A DNA stretch of 64,000 bases, taken from NCBI GenBank assembly GCA_030832085.1, contig JAURJU010000030.1, positions 20,309-84,308 of the forward strand, read 5' to 3'. This document shows, one piece after another, positions 59,667-64,000 of this stretch (position 1 is its first letter; each line of letters begins with the position of its first letter). A program made the translations under genes and the position numbers. The DNA is from Chitinophagales bacterium. GTDB lineage: Bacteria > Bacteroidota > Bacteroidia > Chitinophagales > Chitinophagaceae. The notes below the pieces were generated by a model. It worked only from the letters and a program-made list of their open reading frames with translations, had not been told where the DNA came from and made no database searches.

Positions 59667-60221
59667 ATGTCAAGCAACCATTTGCCCAGCGATCACGACA
59701 TAAGGGAAGGCTGTTTGCTTGGCAATCCAGCCATGCAGAAAATGCTGTACGACAGGCATGCACCAAAAATGTATGGAATTTGCCTTCGCTACGCAGCGAA
59801 CAGTGAGGATGCAAGGGATATTCTTCAGGATGGATTCATAAAGGTATTCAGCAACCTGGGAAAATTCATGGGGACTGGTTCTTTTGAAGGATGGATGAGA
59901 AGAATATTTGTCAACACTGCCATTGAGCATTACAGGAAGAAAAACAACCTGTTTGCGATCAGTGAACACCAGGAGGAGAACATTGCAGATAAAGAAGTTT
60001 CTGCATTGGACGAACTGGAGGCAGGTGACATTATCAAGTTGATCAGCGAACTTCCCAACGGGTACAGGACCGTATTCAATCTTTTTGCTGTTGAAGGTTA
60101 CACCCACAAGGAGATTGCCGAAATGATGAACATCAGTGAAGGAACGAGCAAGTCACAATATGCGAGGGCCAAGGCCTGGCTGCAGGAAAAAATTGGCAAG
60201 AGAAACCTTGATAAAAACTGA
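59667..60221 (+). CDS. ECF RNA polymerase sigma factor
   Basis: DILQDGFIKVF, SFEGWMRRI.VNTAI, LP.GYRTVFNL, HKEIA..MNISEGTSKSQ..RAK. Confidence 0.92.
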   Translation: MSSNHLPSDHDIREGCLLGNPAMQKMLYDRHAPKMYGICLRYAANSEDARDILQDGFIKVFSNLGKFMGTGSFEGWMRRIFVNTAIEHYRKKNNLFAISEHQEENIADKEVSALDELEAGDIIKLISELPNGYRTVFNLFAVEGYTHKEIAEMMNISEGTSKSQYARAKAWLQEKIGKRNLDKN

Positions 60222-60224
60222 TCC

Positions 60225-60617
60225 ATGGAATGGAAGAACAAAATAAACCAATTTGAACCGGACCCGCCGCCGTTGGCCTGGAAAACAATTGAAAATGAAC
60301 TCCACCTGGATGAAGGCCGCTTGTACAATTATGCAGCGTGCCCCCCTGAAGGCGTCTGGGATGAAATTTCAGCGCATCTCTTACCGATTGGTCCCCAAAA
60401 AACCAGTGTATTTCGAGGGGGTTGGCATCTGCTTCGCTATGCTGCCATGGTTGCATTTCTGGTGTTGATGGGTACAACAATCCTCAACAAGCCATTCAGG
60501 AATGCCTTGTTTGAAACGGTTCAGGGTCCTGGCATGAAGGCATCGCTGAATGATACCCCACATGCGGTGAAAAACGATACCAGTACCAATAAAAAACACC
60601 ACTCCCATTTGCCCTGA
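60225..60617 (+). CDS. Putative short membrane anti-sigma factor
   Basis: Two PP..xW..I...L motifs, one TM helix (YAAMVAFLVLMGTTIL), short tail; directly after the ECF sigma gene. Confidence 0.5.
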   Translation: MEWKNKINQFEPDPPPLAWKTIENELHLDEGRLYNYAACPPEGVWDEISAHLLPIGPQKTSVFRGGWHLLRYAAMVAFLVLMGTTILNKPFRNALFETVQGPGMKASLNDTPHAVKNDTSTNKKHHSHLP

Positions 60618-60626
60618 TTCCATCAC

Positions 60627-61100
60627 ATGAGAAACAGAAAAATTCAAATACCGTCTCCGTTTTGCTTTAGCACAAACCTTATTGTCCAGGTGTCAGACAT
60701 CAACTATGGAGGACATGTGGGCAACGACCGTTATCTTCTCTTTGCGCAGGAAACAAGGATGCGGTTTCTAGAAAGCATCGGATGCTCCGAGATGCACTTC
60801 GGGCCATATGGCCTTGTTCTTACTGAAGCGCATGTTGAATATTTTCATGAACTTTTCCGAGGAAATGCCATCAAGATTTCGATGGCGGTTGGGCACCCAT
60901 CCAGGGCCTCTTTTGACTGCTTCTATGCAATCAAAACAGTGAAAAATGAAACCGAAATTGAATCAGCTGTCATCAAAACAAGTATGGTCTGCTTTGATTA
61001 CAAGATGAGGAAAGTAAGGTCGATCCCTGATGACCTGAAGGAGATTCTTGAAGATTGCGCCAATGGCAAGAGCAGGTTACCTGTTCCAAATGTCCCATGA
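60627..61100 (+). CDS. 4HBT-like thioesterase
   Basis: VQVSDINYGGHVGND.Y...QE.R, FDYKMRKV. Confidence 0.85.
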   Translation: MRNRKIQIPSPFCFSTNLIVQVSDINYGGHVGNDRYLLFAQETRMRFLESIGCSEMHFGPYGLVLTEAHVEYFHELFRGNAIKISMAVGHPSRASFDCFYAIKTVKNETEIESAVIKTSMVCFDYKMRKVRSIPDDLKEILEDCANGKSRLPVPNVP

Positions 61101-61808
61101 TGCTTCTGCCTGTATCACAAGCATGTCGGCCCCGTTCTCCACTGCAGCGCCTCTCAAAGCACCCTCCTGTAAGAATCGGGTACGATGGGGGTTGTAGACC
61201 AAGTCAAAAAGATAGTGATTGGGCCCTATGCAATCATAAGGAATTGCAGGAGCGCTTTCAAGATCGGGATGCATGCCCAAAGGGGTGGTATTGATTAAAA
61301 GTGTATGCGTTTCAAGCACTTGCCTGTCCACATCGGTATAGGAAATCATCCCCTCCCCAGGCGTTCGACTGACCTGAACAAAAGGTATTTTCAATTCCTT
61401 CAGCACATAAAGAACAGCTTTTGCTGACCCTCCCGAGCCAAACACCAAGGCACGCTGGTGATGGGCGTTCAATTTGGGCAAAAGAGACCTGGAAAAGCCT
61501 ATGACATCCGTATTGTGCCCGATGAGGAGGCCCTGGTCAATCTTGATACAGTTGCAAGCCCCAATTTCACTTACTACCGGAGACATCTCATCCAGATAAG
61601 CCAAAACCTTTTCTTTGTAGGGTATGGTAACATTCAATCCTGCAAGCCCAGGAGTGGACTCCAACAAAGCTTCAATTTGATCAATCTGCTCCAATGGGTA
61701 TAGCGCATAAGCATTCCCTGAAATTTTTTCTCGCTCAAACTTTTCAGAAAAATATTTTTTCGAAAATGAATGACCCAAAGGATACCCAATAAGCCCGAAC
61801 TGCCTCAT
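61077..61808 (-). CDS. aroE: Shikimate dehydrogenase
   Basis: LIGYPLGHSFS, GLNVTIPYK, IGACNC, NTDVIGF, GSGGSA, INTTPLGM, DLVYNP. Start set at ATG 61808. Confidence 0.92.
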   Translation of the reverse strand: MRQFGLIGYPLGHSFSKKYFSEKFEREKISGNAYALYPLEQIDQIEALLESTPGLAGLNVTIPYKEKVLAYLDEMSPVVSEIGACNCIKIDQGLLIGHNTDVIGFSRSLLPKLNAHHQRALVFGSGGSAKAVLYVLKELKIPFVQVSRTPGEGMISYTDVDRQVLETHTLLINTTPLGMHPDLESAPAIPYDCIGPNHYLFDLVYNPHRTRFLQEGALRGAAVENGADMLVIQAEASWDIWNR

Positions 61809-61815
61809 TTTAGTC

Positions 61816-62577
61816 CTATTTATCAAGGAACAATTCAAAAGTATCCCCCCTCAGGCCAACCCGCATGGCTTCCAGAGCGATGATTTCATTGGGAGCAATA
61901 TTTCCCAGGTTTACATTCGTGCCCAGAAGTTCGATGAAGTAAAGTTGTTGCGCTTTTTGGGGTGCTTCCCACAAAATTTTTTCTCCAGGTATTTGTGTAA
62001 GAATTTCCTGAACCAGGCCTTCCCTCACTTCACCACTGCCCCGGTAAATTCCAACATTGCCCGCCTCCCTTGCTTCTGCGATCACATATGTTGCACCCGC
62101 CTTCAATTCTGCACTCATCAGCTCAATCCATTTGTAGGGAGGGATGATATGGGCTGCGTCCTTGCTTCCAACTTCACTCAAAACCGTTCCTATTGCACTC
62201 AACTTTTCAATATACCCGCATTTTTCAGTATGTGGAATGGTGATGGATCCGTCACTGACTTCCATGTAAGAAATTCCATAATCCTTGCAAAGGCTGATAT
62301 AATCATTGAACTGGTTTCTTATCAAAAAAGCTTCCATGAGGGTGCCGCCAAAATAAACAGGAATACCTGCAGACTGGTACAATTCAATTTTCTCGCGAAG
62401 CTTTGGTGTTACGTAAGCAGTTCCAAAGCCCAACTTGACCATGTCAACATGGGGAACTGCATTTTCAATGAATTGTTTTGACTGGTCCAGGGTAAGCCCC
62501 TTGTCCATGACCATTGTTATCCCCTCTTTTCTTGGCTTTGAAAACCGATCCGGCATTTGTGACAAGCTAAAATTCAT
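61816..62577 (-). CDS. comA: Phosphosulfolactate synthase (ComA family)
   Basis: KPRKEGITMVMDKGL, VKLGFGT, GGTLME, EVSDG, SEVGSK, AEAREAG, WEAP.K.QQ, NLGNI, E..R.GLRGDT. Confidence 0.9.
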   Translation of the reverse strand: MNFSLSQMPDRFSKPRKEGITMVMDKGLTLDQSKQFIENAVPHVDMVKLGFGTAYVTPKLREKIELYQSAGIPVYFGGTLMEAFLIRNQFNDYISLCKDYGISYMEVSDGSITIPHTEKCGYIEKLSAIGTVLSEVGSKDAAHIIPPYKWIELMSAELKAGATYVIAEAREAGNVGIYRGSGEVREGLVQEILTQIPGEKILWEAPQKAQQLYFIELLGTNVNLGNIAPNEIIALEAMRVGLRGDTFELFLDK

Positions 62578-62595
62578 CGTCGTTCAATATTTTGA

Positions 62596-62625
62596 CAAAA
62601 ATAAGAAACAGGCAGGTAAGTGCAA
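62596..62625 (-). promoter_or_regulatory. Complete sigma-70 promoter for comA-aroE
   Basis: TTG (62623-25), 19 nt spacer, TATTTTTG (62596-62603). Confidence 0.65.
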
Positions 62626-62646
62626 GAGTTCTATTGAAACAGAAAG

Positions 62647-63999
62647 TCAGATTCGCTTCCTTCGCTTGTTTTTCAAGATCAGCTCTACCACCTGAGGGAA
62701 TTTCACGGAAGAAGGGAAAAGCTTCAGGAACTTCTTGAGCAACCGTGGATAGGCTTCAATTGAAGATTCCAGCAGTTCAAGTCCGGCTTTGACCTTGCCG
62801 ATAGACAACATCACTGCACTTTCATAATACTTGAACATGGGCTTGTCTCCCGCCTTGGCCCTTGCCATTTCCACATGCTTTTGGGCCTCCTTGAACTGAT
62901 CGCTCAAGAACAATGTAGAAATCAACGCTTCCCACGATTTTATGTTTTTAGGCCTGGCTTGTACAGCTGCAATAAAATAGTGAACCGCTTCCTTTGGTTT
63001 CCCCACCTTTACCAGGCACTCACCCATGATCAGGTTGAAATCGGGATCAAGCCGCTTGATGTGCAGGGCAGTGTCAAGGTACCTGATGGCCTGTGCATGT
63101 TTGGACTCTTTGATATAGGTCCCTGCAACCTTCAGGTATATTTTTGCATCGTCGGGATTAAGGTGAGAGGCTTTTCTGTAATAATACCTGGCCTGTCCGT
63201 AGTTTTTTATTTTCTCATAGCAATAGCCAATGGCCTGGTAAATCAGGTCCTCAGGCCTTGCCAATTCTATGACTTTCTCAAGGCTTTCTATGGCTTCTTT
63301 ATAGCGGTGAAGGCGCATCATGGCGTCTGCCATGTTGCGGTAGGCGAAGTCAAACTTTTCGTTTATGGCAATGGCGTACTGATAAGCATCAATTGATTTT
63401 TCAAAAAGCCGCAATCCTTGATATGCCGCTGCCAAGTTGAACCAGGCAAGGTCATTGTATGGAAATTGCTCAATGATTTTCAGGTGAAGCCGAATGCTCT
63501 CTTCACTTCTTCCTGTAAAATCAGTCCAAAAACAGATCTTGTATAAAGCCTCCTCGTTGTTGGGGTCATATTCAAGAACCAGCTTCAAACAATCAAATAT
63601 CTTTTCAAAGGCCTCATAGTCGTCATATACATCGGCCAGTTCAAAAAGCAACTCAATCCGTTCATACCCCTCAAATTGGTGAATGGCATCCTCTAGCAAC
63701 GCTACAGCACGGTCTTGCATGTCCAAGGCCAAATAGGCATCGGTCCTCAAGATGCAGATGTCCATGTCATTGCGGTCAAGTATTTCAGCCTTGTCAAGAA
63801 GGGATAAGGCCTTTTTGTACTGCCTGCTGGCAATCAGAAGGTCTGCCTTTTTTACCAATAAAACAGAGGAATAAGGAAATTGAAGGATCCCCATTTCCGC
63901 AGCCTCCAGCGCCTTGGGGAGTGCATTTTGATCATCAAAATGATCAATAATGCGCTCAAAAGATTCTTCACTGAGAAAACCACTGCCCCTTCCGGCACG
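62647..63999 (-). CDS. Tetratricopeptide repeat protein (5' end beyond the window)
   Basis: Multiple TPR motifs (AWFNLAAAY, AYRNMADA, YQAIGYCY). The frame stays open upstream of ATG 63894 to the window edge (RAGRGSGFLSEESFERIIDHFDD...). Confidence 0.88.
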   Translation of the reverse strand, partial: RAGRGSGFLSEESFERIIDHFDDQNALPKALEAAEMGILQFPYSSVLLVKKADLLIASRQYKKALSLLDKAEILDRNDMDICILRTDAYLALDMQDRAVALLEDAIHQFEGYERIELLFELADVYDDYEAFEKIFDCLKLVLEYDPNNEEALYKICFWTDFTGRSEESIRLHLKIIEQFPYNDLAWFNLAAAYQGLRLFEKSIDAYQYAIAINEKFDFAYRNMADAMMRLHRYKEAIESLEKVIELARPEDLIYQAIGYCYEKIKNYGQARYYYRKASHLNPDDAKIYLKVAGTYIKESKHAQAIRYLDTALHIKRLDPDFNLIMGECLVKVGKPKEAVHYFIAAVQARPKNIKSWEALISTLFLSDQFKEAQKHVEMARAKAGDKPMFKYYESAVMLSIGKVKAGLELLESSIEAYPRLLKKFLKLFPSSVKFPQVVELILKNKRRKRI

Positions 64000-64000
64000 C

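Noticed and set aside
1-64000. CRISPR arrays, tRNA/rRNA genes, IS elements, prophage or defence genes
   Set aside because: No regular repeat-spacer arrays, cloverleaf motifs, transposase, integrase or phage genes seen by eye; the longest intergenic gap is under 300 nt. tRNAscan-SE and Infernal would confirm.

Overview
Bacteroidota (Chitinophagaceae-like) core-genome window. It is densely coding, mostly on the minus strand, with Bacteroidetes-type TTG-N19-TAnnTTTG promoters. The left edge is the 5' end of mutS. Next come a cardiolipin synthase and a small putative hypoxia/signalling module (PNPOx-like, PRTase, Hpt, NarL-type regulator), rsmG/GT2/folC, a LysM-DUF1800-DUF1501(Tat+T9SS)-FkbM-NUDIX run, an RsmF-like methylase, an M28 peptidase, three-gene pntAB, thyA-folA, pafA, a SulA/CapB-like sulfonolipid acyltransferase, ubiX, lolA-ftsK, mgtE and assorted enzymes. 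Then follow rpsA, the complete str-S10-spc ribosomal cluster ending at secY-map, ilvE, an rdgB/ECF sigma/short anti-sigma run, and TPR-comA-aroE at the right edge (TPR gene truncated by the window). I saw no tRNA, rRNA, CRISPR array or mobile element. Best leads: (i) a possible ComA-fed cysteate route into sulfonolipids, (ii) the DUF1800/DUF1501 Tat-plus-T9SS pair, (iii) strong Shine-Dalgarno sequences on rpsA, rpsH and rplE in a largely SD-independent phylum, (iv) a structured 268-nt rpsJ-rplC spacer. All family calls come from recognising motifs by eye; no database search was run.
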